A stretch of DNA of 30,999 bases from Dehalococcoidia bacterium (GTDB lineage: Bacteria; Chloroflexota; Dehalococcoidia; GIF9; AB-539-J10). The notes beneath the pieces are model-generated. The model ran no database searches. It was not told where the DNA came from and saw nothing but the letters and a program-made list of their open reading frames with translations. Shown piece by piece: positions 1 to 8,210 of this stretch (position 1 is the stretch's first letter; every line of letters begins with the position of its first letter). Position numbers and translations under genes: made by a program. The stretch is from positions 1 to 30,999 of the forward strand of contig JAWOGR010000105.1 of NCBI GenBank assembly GCA_046496625.1, written 5' to 3'.

Positions 1-632
1 CTGAAGTCATCAAGCATGGCCTGATCCTCGATGAGGAGTTTTTCTTGTTCTTGGAGTCCAACGCAGAGCGGCTCAGGTCGCTGGAGCCGTAGGTGCTTAC
101 GCAGGCCATTGTCCGTAGCAGGGCGATCAAGGCCGGGGTGGTGAGCCAGGACGAGAAGGAGAGGGAGGGCAGGCGTACGATCCTGAACTTCGGACACACG
201 ATAGGCCACGGTCTCGAAGCTGCGACCGGATATCAGAGCTTCCTCCACGGGGAAGCCGTGGCCATCGGCATGATGGGCGCTGCCATGCTCAGCCGGCGAC
301 TGGGACTCCTGTCTTCGGTAGCGGTGGAACGGCAGCAAGCCCTGTTGGACGGGTTCGGGTTACCCACGTTGTTGAGCGCTACTGCCCTGAGGACGCAGCG
401 ATCGCCTTCACCCTCGTCATCGCGAGCAACATCATCCCTGTCATTGCGAGCGATGCGAAGCAACCTCACGGTGAGCATAGAAGGGATAACCAGGGCTATG
501 GAGCTGGACAAGAAGAAGAGGGGTAAGACGATCCGCTGGGTGCTCCTGGAGGATATCGGCAGAGCGGTGATCCGTACCGATGTGCCTCAGGAAGAAGTGC
601 TGGCAGTCCTTCACGAACTGGCGGAGTCGTGA
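1..632 (+). CDS. aroB: 3-dehydroquinate synthase, C-terminal part (5' end outside window); in-frame TAG at 90-92 and a ~27-aa repeat-derived insertion, possibly a pseudogene
   Basis: Frame from base 3 reads [10 protein letters not shown]...[12 protein letters not shown]...[11 protein letters not shown]...[13 protein letters not shown]...[10 protein letters not shown]...MELDKK, which are DHQ synthase motifs on both sides of the TAG. Confidence 0.88.
381..468 (+). repeat. Degenerate palindromic repeat element (GTCATTGCGAGC...GAAGCAA type) inserted in frame in aroB
   Basis: GTCATCGCGAGC at 416-427 and GTCATTGCGAGCGATGCGAAGCAACCTC at 440-467; low-complexity peptide [26 protein letters not shown] interrupts the AroB C-terminal region. 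Confidence 0.65.
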
Positions 633-734
633 GGATAAGATCGGTGTCTTGATGGGCAGGATGAGTTGCAGTACGGCTCGGTTATGCCTGTGCTGCGGGG
701 AGTCCTGTACTGCTCGGAGAATCGGAGGTCGTAT

Positions 735-1166
735 ATGGATGAGCTTCTGCGAATGGGGAAAGAGGCCGTGGCATCACAGCCTTTCAGCGCCCTTATCGGC
801 GCTGAACTGACAGGCCTATCTCCCGGGCAGGCTGAACTGAGGGTCCCTATCACACCTCAGTTAAGACAGCAGCACGGTTTCGTGCACGGAGGCGTCATCA
901 GCTATGCCGCGGATAACGTGCTCACCGCCGCAGGTGCCAGCGTGCTCGGCCCGGCGATCGTCACCTCGGAGTACAAGATCAACTATCTCAGGCCCGTGGT
1001 GGGGACGGGTTTGGTCGCCAGGGCAACGGTCGTTCACTCCAGCAGGTCGCAGGCCGTCTGCCGTTGTGACGTCTTCATGGTCGAGGAGGGGGGCACGGAG
1101 GTTCTATGTGCTGCCGCCCAGGGCACCATCGCCAGGATCGGGCAACCATCCGGATCTCAGTCCTGA
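735..1166 (+). CDS. PaaI-family hotdog-fold thioesterase
   Basis: GGAGG at 724-728 before ATG 735; QQHGFVHGGVISYAADN and TSEYKINYLRP motifs. Confidence 0.88.
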   Translation: MDELLRMGKEAVASQPFSALIGAELTGLSPGQAELRVPITPQLRQQHGFVHGGVISYAADNVLTAAGASVLGPAIVTSEYKINYLRPVVGTGLVARATVVHSSRSQAVCRCDVFMVEEGGTEVLCAAAQGTIARIGQPSGSQS

Positions 1167-1228
1167 ATGCGTATGGATTGGCAGTGTTCATCTGAGATCA
1201 TTGGCTGCGACTCCTGTAGGTTCTGCGA

Positions 1229-1257
1229 TTGAAAGGGCGTCCTGCATAGGCTATAAT
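1229..1257 (+). promoter_or_regulatory. sigma70-type promoter for aspS-tig-clpP
   Basis: TTGAAA (1229-1234), 17 nt spacer, TATAAT (1252-1257). Confidence 0.7.
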
Positions 1258-1283
1258 TGCGAATCTACTGAGGTACAATATCG

Positions 1284-3095
1284 TTGCTTAAGAACCACAA
1301 TTGCGGTGAACTGGGTGAAAGGCATGCAGGACAGGAGGTCACTCTGGCCGGCTGGGTGCACCGGCGTCGCGACCATGGTGGCAAGGTGTTCATCGACCTG
1401 CGCGACCGCGAGGGGATCGTTCAGGTGGTTTTCAACCCCCAGGTCTCGGAAGAAGCATGCCGGCTCGCCGGTTCGCTTCGCAGCGAGTTCGTGATTCAGG
1501 TCCGGGGAGAGGTCGTGCCGCGTCCCGGAGGGACGCAGAATCCGAAGCTGAGCACCGGGGGCGTCGAGGTCGTGGCCACAGATCTTGTTATCCTCAATCC
1601 GTCGAAGACGCCACCCTTCTACATAAGCGAAGACGAGGACGTGGAGGAGTCGCTTTGCCTCAAGAACCGTTACCTGTACCTGAGAAGAGAGCGCATGAAG
1701 GACAACCTGCTCCTCCGGCACAGGATGATCAAGTTCATCCGTGATTTCCTCGACACTAAGGGGTTCGCCGAAATCGAGACACCTATTCTGATCAAGAGTA
1801 CACCGGAAGGAGCGCGCGACTACCTTGTGCCTAGCCGGGTCAACCCCGGCAAGTTCTATGCCCTTCCGCAGTCTCCGCAGCAGCTCAAGCAGATTCTCAT
1901 GGTGGCCGGGTTCGACAGGTACTTCCAGATAGCGCGTTGCTTCAGGGATGAGGATCTGCGGGCGGACCGCCAGCCTGAGTTTACCCAGCTTGACCTGGAG
2001 ATGAGCTTCGTCGAAATGGACGACATACTGCACCTCATGGAGGAACTGTTTGTCTCGCTGGTTGAGGCCACCAGGCCTGAGTTGAGCGTGCTGAAGCCCT
2101 TCCCCCGTCTTACGTACGTGGAGGCGATGGATAAGTACGGTACGGACAAGCCCGACATCAGGTTCGGCATGCAGATCAGCGATGTATCCGACATCGCAGC
2201 CACCACCGACTTCCAGGTTTTCCGCTCCGTGCTTGAGAACGGTGGTAGAGTGAAGGGGATATCCGTTCCCGGTTGCAGTCACTATACCCGCCACCAGGTA
2301 GATGAACTGATCGATCTGGCAAAGGGTTGCGGCGCCCGTGGCCTGACTACCGTGGCCTTTACCGGGGAGACGATGAGCCCGGACGGAGTGAAGTCGGCGG
2401 CCGCCAAATACCTGGAGCCACGGCATTTCGGGGAGATGGCCGGGAGGTTCGAAGCCGGGCCGGGCGACCTCTTGCTTATCGTGGCTGACAGGTTGGAAGT
2501 AGTGAACAGAACACTTGATGAACTGCGCCGGGAGATGGCACGCAGGCTCAACTTGGCCGATCCCGCACTGCTGGCCTTCGCTTTCGTGGTTGACTTCCCG
2601 CTGCTTGAGTGGAGCGAAACGGCCGGACATTGGGACACCATGCACCATCCCTTTACCTCGCCGCGGGAGGAGGATCTGCCGTTTCTGGAGACACAGCCGG
2701 CACGGGTCTACGGTCAGCACTACGATGTCGTTTGCAACGGCTGTGAACTGGGCAGCGGCAGCATCAGGGTTCACAACCGCGAGCTTCAGGAGAGGATATT
2801 CAGTCTCCTCGGTTATGTCAAAGAGGAGGCGGAGAGCCGCTTCTCGGGCCTTCTGGAGGCACTGGAATACGGCGCGCCGCCCCACGGCGGAATAGCCATA
2901 GGTCTCGACCGCCTGGTTATGCTTTTCGCCGGAGAGCAGAGCATCAGGGAAGTCATAGCATTTCCGAAGAACCAGAACGCCGTGGATGTCATGCTGGGCA
3001 GCCCTTCCTATGTCGATACCAATCAGCTCGACGAACTCAACCTCAAGCTGAAGCACGAAATCGTGCGGCAGGATGAGAAGGAGCATGGTGTATGA
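1284..3095 (+). CDS. aspS: Aspartyl-tRNA synthetase, probably non-discriminating
   Basis: TTG start; [62 protein letters not shown] motifs. Confidence 0.97.
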   Translation: MLKNHNCGELGERHAGQEVTLAGWVHRRRDHGGKVFIDLRDREGIVQVVFNPQVSEEACRLAGSLRSEFVIQVRGEVVPRPGGTQNPKLSTGGVEVVATDLVILNPSKTPPFYISEDEDVEESLCLKNRYLYLRRERMKDNLLLRHRMIKFIRDFLDTKGFAEIETPILIKSTPEGARDYLVPSRVNPGKFYALPQSPQQLKQILMVAGFDRYFQIARCFRDEDLRADRQPEFTQLDLEMSFVEMDDILHLMEELFVSLVEATRPELSVLKPFPRLTYVEAMDKYGTDKPDIRFGMQISDVSDIAATTDFQVFRSVLENGGRVKGISVPGCSHYTRHQVDELIDLAKGCGARGLTTVAFTGETMSPDGVKSAAAKYLEPRHFGEMAGRFEAGPGDLLLIVADRLEVVNRTLDELRREMARRLNLADPALLAFAFVVDFPLLEWSETAGHWDTMHHPFTSPREEDLPFLETQPARVYGQHYDVVCNGCELGSGSIRVHNRELQERIFSLLGYVKEEAESRFSGLLEALEYGAPPHGGIAIGLDRLVMLFAGEQSIREVIAFPKNQNAVDVMLGSPSYVDTNQLDELNLKLKHEIVRQDEKEHGV

Positions 3096-4384
3096 AGGTT
3101 AACAGAGAGAATCTGGAGAACTGCCAGGCGGTTCTCACGATTGAGGCTGAGGCCGGTGAGCTTGATGAGTCGATGGATGCGGCGTATCGACACCTCGTAA
3201 AAAGGGTATCCATACCGGGCTTCCGCAAGGGCAAGGCGCCGCGCGCCATTCTTGTGCAGCACATCGGAAGGCAGAGTCTGCTGGAGGAGGCAACCGAGCA
3301 TCTTGTACCCGAGCTATACAGACAGGCGATCGAGTCCGAGGAACTCCAGCCTGTTGCCAGGCCGGAAGTGGAGATCACGCAGATCGAGCCCCTGGTATTC
3401 AAGGCTGTGGTGCCTCTTAGGCCTGAGGTCAAGCTCGGTGACTACCACGGCATGAAGCTGGAACCCGCTCCCGCGGTGAAGATCGGCAAGAAGGAGGTCA
3501 CCGCTGCCCTGCAGGGGTTTCGCGAGGGGCAGGGCACTTGGGTGCCCGTTGATCGGCCGGCTAAGTCGGGCGATCTGGTTACCATGGATGTTGAGGCCAG
3601 TGTGGAGGACAAGCCCTGGCTGAGCCGCAAGGGTGTCGTGTATGAGATGGACGAGGACTCGCGTTTTCCCGTTCCCGGGTTTACTTCTCAACTGCAGGGC
3701 GCGGAGAAGAACAAAGAGATGGCCTTCACCCTGCCCATACCTGAGGACTATCCGATCAAGGACATCTGTGGCAAAGAAGCATCCTTCAAGGTCACAATAG
3801 GCGAGACCAAGGAGAGGGAACTGCCCGAACTGGATGATGAGCTGGCCAGGAGCGCCGGCTATGATAGCCTTGCAGACATGAAAGAGAAGGTAGCTGCCGA
3901 TCTGAAAGTTCAGACTGAAGCCAGGAGGAACTCCGAGCAGCGGCAGAAGGCGCTCGATGCCCTGGTCGATATCAGCGAGGTCAGCTATCCGCCCGTATTC
4001 GAAGAGGAAGAGATCGCCGGTATCCTCAAGGAAGAGGCGCGCCGCCTTGGTTTCACCGAGGTAGAGGAGTATCTGAAGGTCAGGAACAAGACGGAGGAAG
4101 AACTCAAGGAGGAGATCGGTCCCGTAGCCAGGAAGCGGCTGGTTCAGGGGCTGGTTCTGGATAAGCTGGCCGAAGAGGAGAAGATTGAAGTCGACTCATC
4201 AGAGGTGGATAACAGAGTAGGTGAAATCGCGGGTGGCGTTGAGGACCAGGAGAAGGCCGAGCAGTTCTTCTCACATCCCCAGATCAGGCAATCGATTGAA
4301 CACTCTCTGCTAACGCAGAAAACGCTGGACCGATTGCTGGAGGTGACAGCCGGCAATGCAGAGGCCAGGACAAAGGAGGAATGA
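3092..4384 (+). CDS. tig: Trigger factor
   Basis: [10 protein letters not shown] ribosome-binding signature; FKBP-like middle domain; ATGA overlaps with aspS and clpP. Confidence 0.95.
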   Translation: MKVNRENLENCQAVLTIEAEAGELDESMDAAYRHLVKRVSIPGFRKGKAPRAILVQHIGRQSLLEEATEHLVPELYRQAIESEELQPVARPEVEITQIEPLVFKAVVPLRPEVKLGDYHGMKLEPAPAVKIGKKEVTAALQGFREGQGTWVPVDRPAKSGDLVTMDVEASVEDKPWLSRKGVVYEMDEDSRFPVPGFTSQLQGAEKNKEMAFTLPIPEDYPIKDICGKEASFKVTIGETKERELPELDDELARSAGYDSLADMKEKVAADLKVQTEARRNSEQRQKALDALVDISEVSYPPVFEEEEIAGILKEEARRLGFTEVEEYLKVRNKTEEELKEEIGPVARKRLVQGLVLDKLAEEEKIEVDSSEVDNRVGEIAGGVEDQEKAEQFFSHPQIRQSIEHSLLTQKTLDRLLEVTAGNAEARTKEE

Positions 4385-4995
4385 TGGAAACAGTATCGCA
4401 AGTCATAATCCCTACGGTGACCGAGAGCAGTGCTCGCGGTGAGCGTATCTTCGACATATACTCGCTTCTGCTCAGGGAGAGAATCGTCTTCCTGGGCACT
4501 CCCATCAACGATCAGATAGCCAATCTGATCATCGCTCAGCTTCTCTACCTGGAGAGAGAGGATCCCGAGAAGGACATAAATCTGTATGTCCATTGTCCCG
4601 GTGGCATTATCAGCGCGGGCCTGGCTATCTACGACACAATGCAGATTCTGCGCTGCCCTGTCTCGACGATCTGTGTCGGACTGGCGGCCAGCATGGGGAC
4701 CGTGCTCCTCTGTGCGGGAACGAAAGGCAAGAGGTACGCTCTGCCCAACTCGACTATACATCTGCACCAGGCAGTCGGTGGTGCTCAAGGGCAGGCGGCG
4801 GACATCGAGATCGCCGCCAGGGAGATCATGAGAATCCAGGAGGTGATACGCAATATCATAGCCAATCACACCGGTCAGCCGGTAGACAAGATCGCCCACG
4901 ATGTCGATAGGGACTTCTACCTGAACGCTGAACAGGCGGTCGAGTACGGCATCGTCGATGAGATACTCAAGAAACCGCCCAAGAAGGGCTCATGA
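4381..4995 (+). CDS. clpP: ATP-dependent Clp protease proteolytic subunit
   Basis: [22 protein letters not shown] (Ser), LHQ (His), DRDFYL (Asp); follows tig. Confidence 0.97.
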   Translation: MMETVSQVIIPTVTESSARGERIFDIYSLLLRERIVFLGTPINDQIANLIIAQLLYLEREDPEKDINLYVHCPGGIISAGLAIYDTMQILRCPVSTICVGLAASMGTVLLCAGTKGKRYALPNSTIHLHQAVGGAQGQAADIEIAAREIMRIQEVIRNIIANHTGQPVDKIAHDVDRDFYLNAEQAVEYGIVDEILKKPPKKGS

Positions 4996-5081
4996 CGCGC
5001 CTTGCTCCTGCTGCCCGCCGGACCGGCCTGTCCTGGCGGAGTCTACTCAGATAAGGGTGTTCTGCGAGCGGAGGCGGTAGC

Positions 5082-5249
5082 ATGATAGTCGGAGTGCTGG
5101 ACTATATGGGAGCGATCGCGTTGGCTTATGCCGCGGGAGAACCGTACGGCGGCCTGGGCAGAGGCGGACTGATCACAGTGATAATAGTCTCAGTGATTGC
5201 CATCGTCACCTTCTGGTGGATATTCCGCGAGACCGGAAAGCGCGAGTAG
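5082..5249 (+). CDS. Small membrane protein, 55 aa, below the ORF-track cutoff
   Basis: GGAGG at 5070-5074, ATG 5082; MIVGVLDYMGAIALAYAAGEPYGGLGRGGLITVIIVSVIAIVTFWWIFRETGKRE*, one clear TM segment followed by a charged tail. Confidence 0.6.
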   Translation: MIVGVLDYMGAIALAYAAGEPYGGLGRGGLITVIIVSVIAIVTFWWIFRETGKRE

Positions 5250-5307
5250 ACCACAGGCTGATACGGCAGATCAACCCTCCCTGCCTGAAACGGCTCTCGT
5301 TTACCGA

Positions 5308-5419
5308 CTGACAGTTGATATCTGACTGCTGACAGCCGGCCGCTGAAGACTGACTGCTTCCTGCTGATGGCTGACTGTGGACCGCTGATGGCTGATAACT
5401 GATTACAGACCGCTGACAT
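5308..5419. repeat. Tandem heptamer array, 16 units, consensus CTGAYWG
   Basis: ctgacag ttgatat ctgactg ctgacag ccggccg ctgaaga ctgactg cttcctg ctgatgg ctgactg tggaccg ctgatgg ctgataa ctgatta cagaccg ctgacat, exact 7-nt register. Confidence 0.85.
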
Positions 5420-5424
5420 CCCTG

Positions 5425-5478
5425 TGTAACTGTGAGTCCCGACCTATCAGGGCGAAGAATCTCCACTCGGCTCAGGGC
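5425..5478 (-). repeat. Degenerate palindromic repeat at the 3' end of the PHP gene
   Basis: Minus strand GCCCTGAGCCGAGTGGAGATTCTTCGCCCTGATAGGTCGGGACTCACAGTTAC resembles the GTCA(C/T)(C/T)CTGAGC...GAAGAATCT / AGATTCTTCG...CTCAGAATGAC class of small repeats. Confidence 0.45.
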
Positions 5479-6143
5479 GAACTATCCGACGAGTGGCCCA
5501 GCACCGTCTTCCTTATCCTGGCCCATGTGCTGGAGAGGTGAGCGGTGTAGCCGGACTTCCGTCCGAAGACCGTGCCTCTGGACAGAGATTCGAGGAAGTC
5601 CCGGGGCCCGTCGAACTCCTCCATCTCCACGTATGCCCGGCCGATTTCCTGCGCGGTATGGGCATCGCTGCCGGCGCTGGCAGCCTTGCCTTGTTCGAGG
5701 GCCAGTTCCCGTGCTCTTGCAATGTCGCGGGAGAGCGCGGTGCGTGAGTTGAAGGCCTCGATGATATCCACCCGGGATAGAACATCCGGCGAGGTCAGCC
5801 TGGTGGTGTTAGTGAAGGGTGGCCTGCCGAACGGATGGGGAATGGCGACCAGGCCGCCCTGCGTCCTGATGCGCGATATCGTCTCCTGAGGAGACAACCC
5901 CGGTGGGACTCTCTCACTAAGAAAGAGCCCCATTATCTCGCCGGCTGGCGTCTGGACCTCCTCGGCCACGATCACCTTGAACGGTGCCATTTCCCTCAGC
6001 TTCATGGCACCATCAATCGTATTGTGGTCGGCCACCGCAACACAGCCTATGCCTATCTTCAAGCAGCGCTCGACTATTTCATCCAGAGATGTGAAACAGT
6101 CTATGGAGTAGCATGTGTGGATGTGCAAATCTGCTCTTATCAA
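5472..6143 (-). CDS. PHP-domain metal-dependent phosphoesterase
   Basis: DLHIHT, DHN, EEV, PHP and GSDAH metal-binding motifs; extended -10 TGGTATAAT on the minus strand at 6177-6185. Confidence 0.9.
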   Translation of the reverse strand: MIRADLHIHTCYSIDCFTSLDEIVERCLKIGIGCVAVADHNTIDGAMKLREMAPFKVIVAEEVQTPAGEIMGLFLSERVPPGLSPQETISRIRTQGGLVAIPHPFGRPPFTNTTRLTSPDVLSRVDIIEAFNSRTALSRDIARARELALEQGKAASAGSDAHTAQEIGRAYVEMEEFDGPRDFLESLSRGTVFGRKSGYTAHLSSTWARIRKTVLGHSSDSSP

Positions 6144-6282
6144 CAGGCTGACCAGTACCTTCCTTAAGCAGCCCTGATTATACCAGATTCGGCCAGGATT
6201 ACCCCGTGACTTTGGGGCGCGGCCGGCATTATCGGGGTGGCCGAGTCGGCCAGGGTCTCATAGCAGCATCTGTCAGCCGCTG

Positions 6283-6843
6283 TTAGCCGGCCTTTTCCTG
6301 GTACTCGCCGGTGCGGGTGTTGACTTTGATGACGTCGCCTGTGCTTATGAAGAGGGGAACCTGGACGGTTGCCCCCGTTTCCAGTTTGGCAGCCTTGGTG
6401 CCCGCTGTAGCCCTGTCCCCCTTGAATCCGGGATCTGTCTCCGTAACCCGAAGCTCCACGGAAATGGGCATCTCCACAGCCACCGTCTCTCCTTTGGCGG
6501 TCAGGACCTCCAGCACCATCCCCTCTTTGAGATAGGCTACGCCTTCTCCTATCTGGACAGCGGTCAAGACGAACTGGTCGTAGCTCTCGTTGTCCATGAA
6601 ATTGTAGAGGTCGCCGTCGTTGTAGAGGTACTGGACGGGACGGTGCTCCAGGAAAACCGGCGTGACTTTGTCCCCCGACTGGAGATTGCGCTCAGCGACG
6701 TTCCCCGTGCGGGCATCGCGGAGCCTCAGCTTAATCACAGGTTGCCTCTGCTGCATCTTGACATGCTGGTATTCGATGACTGTATAAATGCCGCCATCCA
6801 TCTCTATGGTGGCTCCCTTTCTCAGTTCTCCGGCATCGATCAT
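6283..6843 (-). CDS. efp: Elongation factor P with atypical loop (KMQQR)
   Basis: ELRKGATIEMDG, QYLYNDGDLYNFMDNESYDQF, TDPGFKGDRA, KLETGATVQVPLFI and KVNTRTGEY are EF-P motifs. Confidence 0.95.
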   Translation of the reverse strand: MIDAGELRKGATIEMDGGIYTVIEYQHVKMQQRQPVIKLRLRDARTGNVAERNLQSGDKVTPVFLEHRPVQYLYNDGDLYNFMDNESYDQFVLTAVQIGEGVAYLKEGMVLEVLTAKGETVAVEMPISVELRVTETDPGFKGDRATAGTKAAKLETGATVQVPLFISTGDVIKVNTRTGEYQEKAG

Positions 6844-6859
6844 GTGGTATCCTCCCTGT

Positions 6860-6965
6860 TTAGCATTCAGCGCTCGGTATTCAGTTGTCAGCCATCAGCC
6901 GGGTGCATCCGACCTCGTTGCCCGCCGTAATCCAAAGGTCGCTGAGCGCTGACAGCTACAGGCTA
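6860..6965. repeat. Inverted pair of heptamer arrays between the Xaa-Pro peptidase gene and efp
   Basis: TCAG-type units at 6860, 6867, 6874, 6881, 6888, 6895 and CTGA-type units at 6942, 6949, 6956, 6963; tcagcgctc (6867-6875) is the exact reverse complement of gagcgctga (6944-6952). Confidence 0.75.
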
Positions 6966-8068
6966 TGCTTTTGTGCTCTCGTGAGAACTCTCGCCTTTCC
7001 GTCCTCCAGGACTACGATGTCCTCGATCCTGACACCGCCTTCTCCCGGCAGGTAGATTCCGGGCTCAATGGTGAAGACCATGTCGTTCGAGAGAGTGCCG
7101 TTGGATGACGGGCCTACAGTGGGCAGTTCATGAACTGCCAGCCCGACGCCGTGTCCCAAACCGTGCCCGAAGTTGTCCCCGTAGCCGGCCTGTTCAATGA
7201 CGCTGCGGGCCAGTCGGTCCACCTCTGCACCCTCCATGCCCGACCGCACTCCCTCGATGGCAGCGATCTGCGCCCTGAGCACTATATCATAGATCTTCTG
7301 CATGTTGTCGCCTGCTCCACCCAGGAACAGGGTGCGGGTGAGATCGCTGCAGTAGCCGCCGATCCTTGCTCCCATATCGATGACCACCGGCTGGCCGGTG
7401 CCCAACTTCTTGTCTGTCGGGCGGGCGTGTGGTAGGGCCGCGTTCGGACCCGAGGCAACGATGATCTCGAAAGCTACTCCCTCACTCCCTCCCTGGCGAA
7501 GGAGCTTCTCTATCTCCCATGCCGCCTGCTTCTCCGTCATATCGGGGTGTATCAGCCCCTTCGCTTCTTCGAGGGCGGCATCTCCTAGCTGAACAGCCTT
7601 AGTGATGAGCGCAAGTTCTTCAGGCTCTTTGACGGCGCGCAGACCCTCCACCAGGCCGTTGGCAGGAACGAATTCCAGGCCGATCTGTGCGGTCTTCATT
7701 GCTTGATTGAGCTTTTGATGACTATCGAATGATACGAAGTCCGCTTCGAATCCCAGTTTCTGCAGTCCCAGGTCGGACACAAGCCCCGGAAACCAATCGC
7801 CCAACTCCCTTTTGGTCTGAACGATGGTGAAGTCCGGTGACTCCGCCCTGGCCTGCTCGACGTAGCGGAAGTCGGTGGTCATAACGGCCTCTTTCGCCGA
7901 GACGAGCAGCCATCCTGAGGAGCCGGTGAATCCTGAAATGTAGCGACGGTTTTCCGGCTGGCATACAAGGATCCCATCGAGTTCCCTGTCCGCCATGGAC
8001 GTTCGCAGCTTCTGCAGCCGGCTCATCCCCGTCTTCCCTTTCGGACTGCTAACCGTTGTTCCTTTCAT
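6956..8068 (-). CDS. M24-family Xaa-Pro aminopeptidase/dipeptidase (start at 8068 or 8026)
   Basis: Creatinase-like N-domain; IDMG, YCSDLTRT, GHGLGHGVGLAVHE, FTIEPGIY and GVRIED metal-ligand motifs; directly upstream of efp, a common pairing. Confidence 0.93.
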   Translation of the reverse strand: MKGTTVSSPKGKTGMSRLQKLRTSMADRELDGILVCQPENRRYISGFTGSSGWLLVSAKEAVMTTDFRYVEQARAESPDFTIVQTKRELGDWFPGLVSDLGLQKLGFEADFVSFDSHQKLNQAMKTAQIGLEFVPANGLVEGLRAVKEPEELALITKAVQLGDAALEEAKGLIHPDMTEKQAAWEIEKLLRQGGSEGVAFEIIVASGPNAALPHARPTDKKLGTGQPVVIDMGARIGGYCSDLTRTLFLGGAGDNMQKIYDIVLRAQIAAIEGVRSGMEGAEVDRLARSVIEQAGYGDNFGHGLGHGVGLAVHELPTVGPSSNGTLSNDMVFTIEPGIYLPGEGGVRIEDIVVLEDGKARVLTRAQKHSL

Positions 8069-8147
8069 CTTGCATATCCTTCCTTTTCTTGAGACAGACT
8101 GTGGGTGTGGCATATGCCACGCCCGTGCGAATCATACCACAGGCGGG

Positions 8148-8210
8148 TCACATCAGTATCACGTGGGTGATGCCGAAGCGGAGCATCACGTCCGACAATC
8201 TGAGGAAGAC
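8148..8210 (-). pseudogene. Relic second copy of an MgtE C-terminus directly behind the mgtE stop
   Basis: 8155-8190 matches 8227-8262 at 29/36 nt with a 72-nt offset; reads VMLRFGITHVIL versus VLLYFGIAHTIL. Confidence 0.6.

Noticed and set aside
1251-3086. 611-aa minus-strand ORF
   Set aside because: Antisense shadow of aspS; no recognisable motifs; expected from codon bias in a conserved gene.
5126-5419. 97-aa minus-strand ORF (MSAVCNQLSAIS...)
   Set aside because: The N-terminus is just the translated heptamer array, and the C-terminus is antisense to a better-supported 55-aa ORF with an SD.
5308-5419. CRISPR array interpretation of the repeat
   Set aside because: Units are 7 nt with no 25-45 nt repeats or unique spacers, and no cas genes are present.
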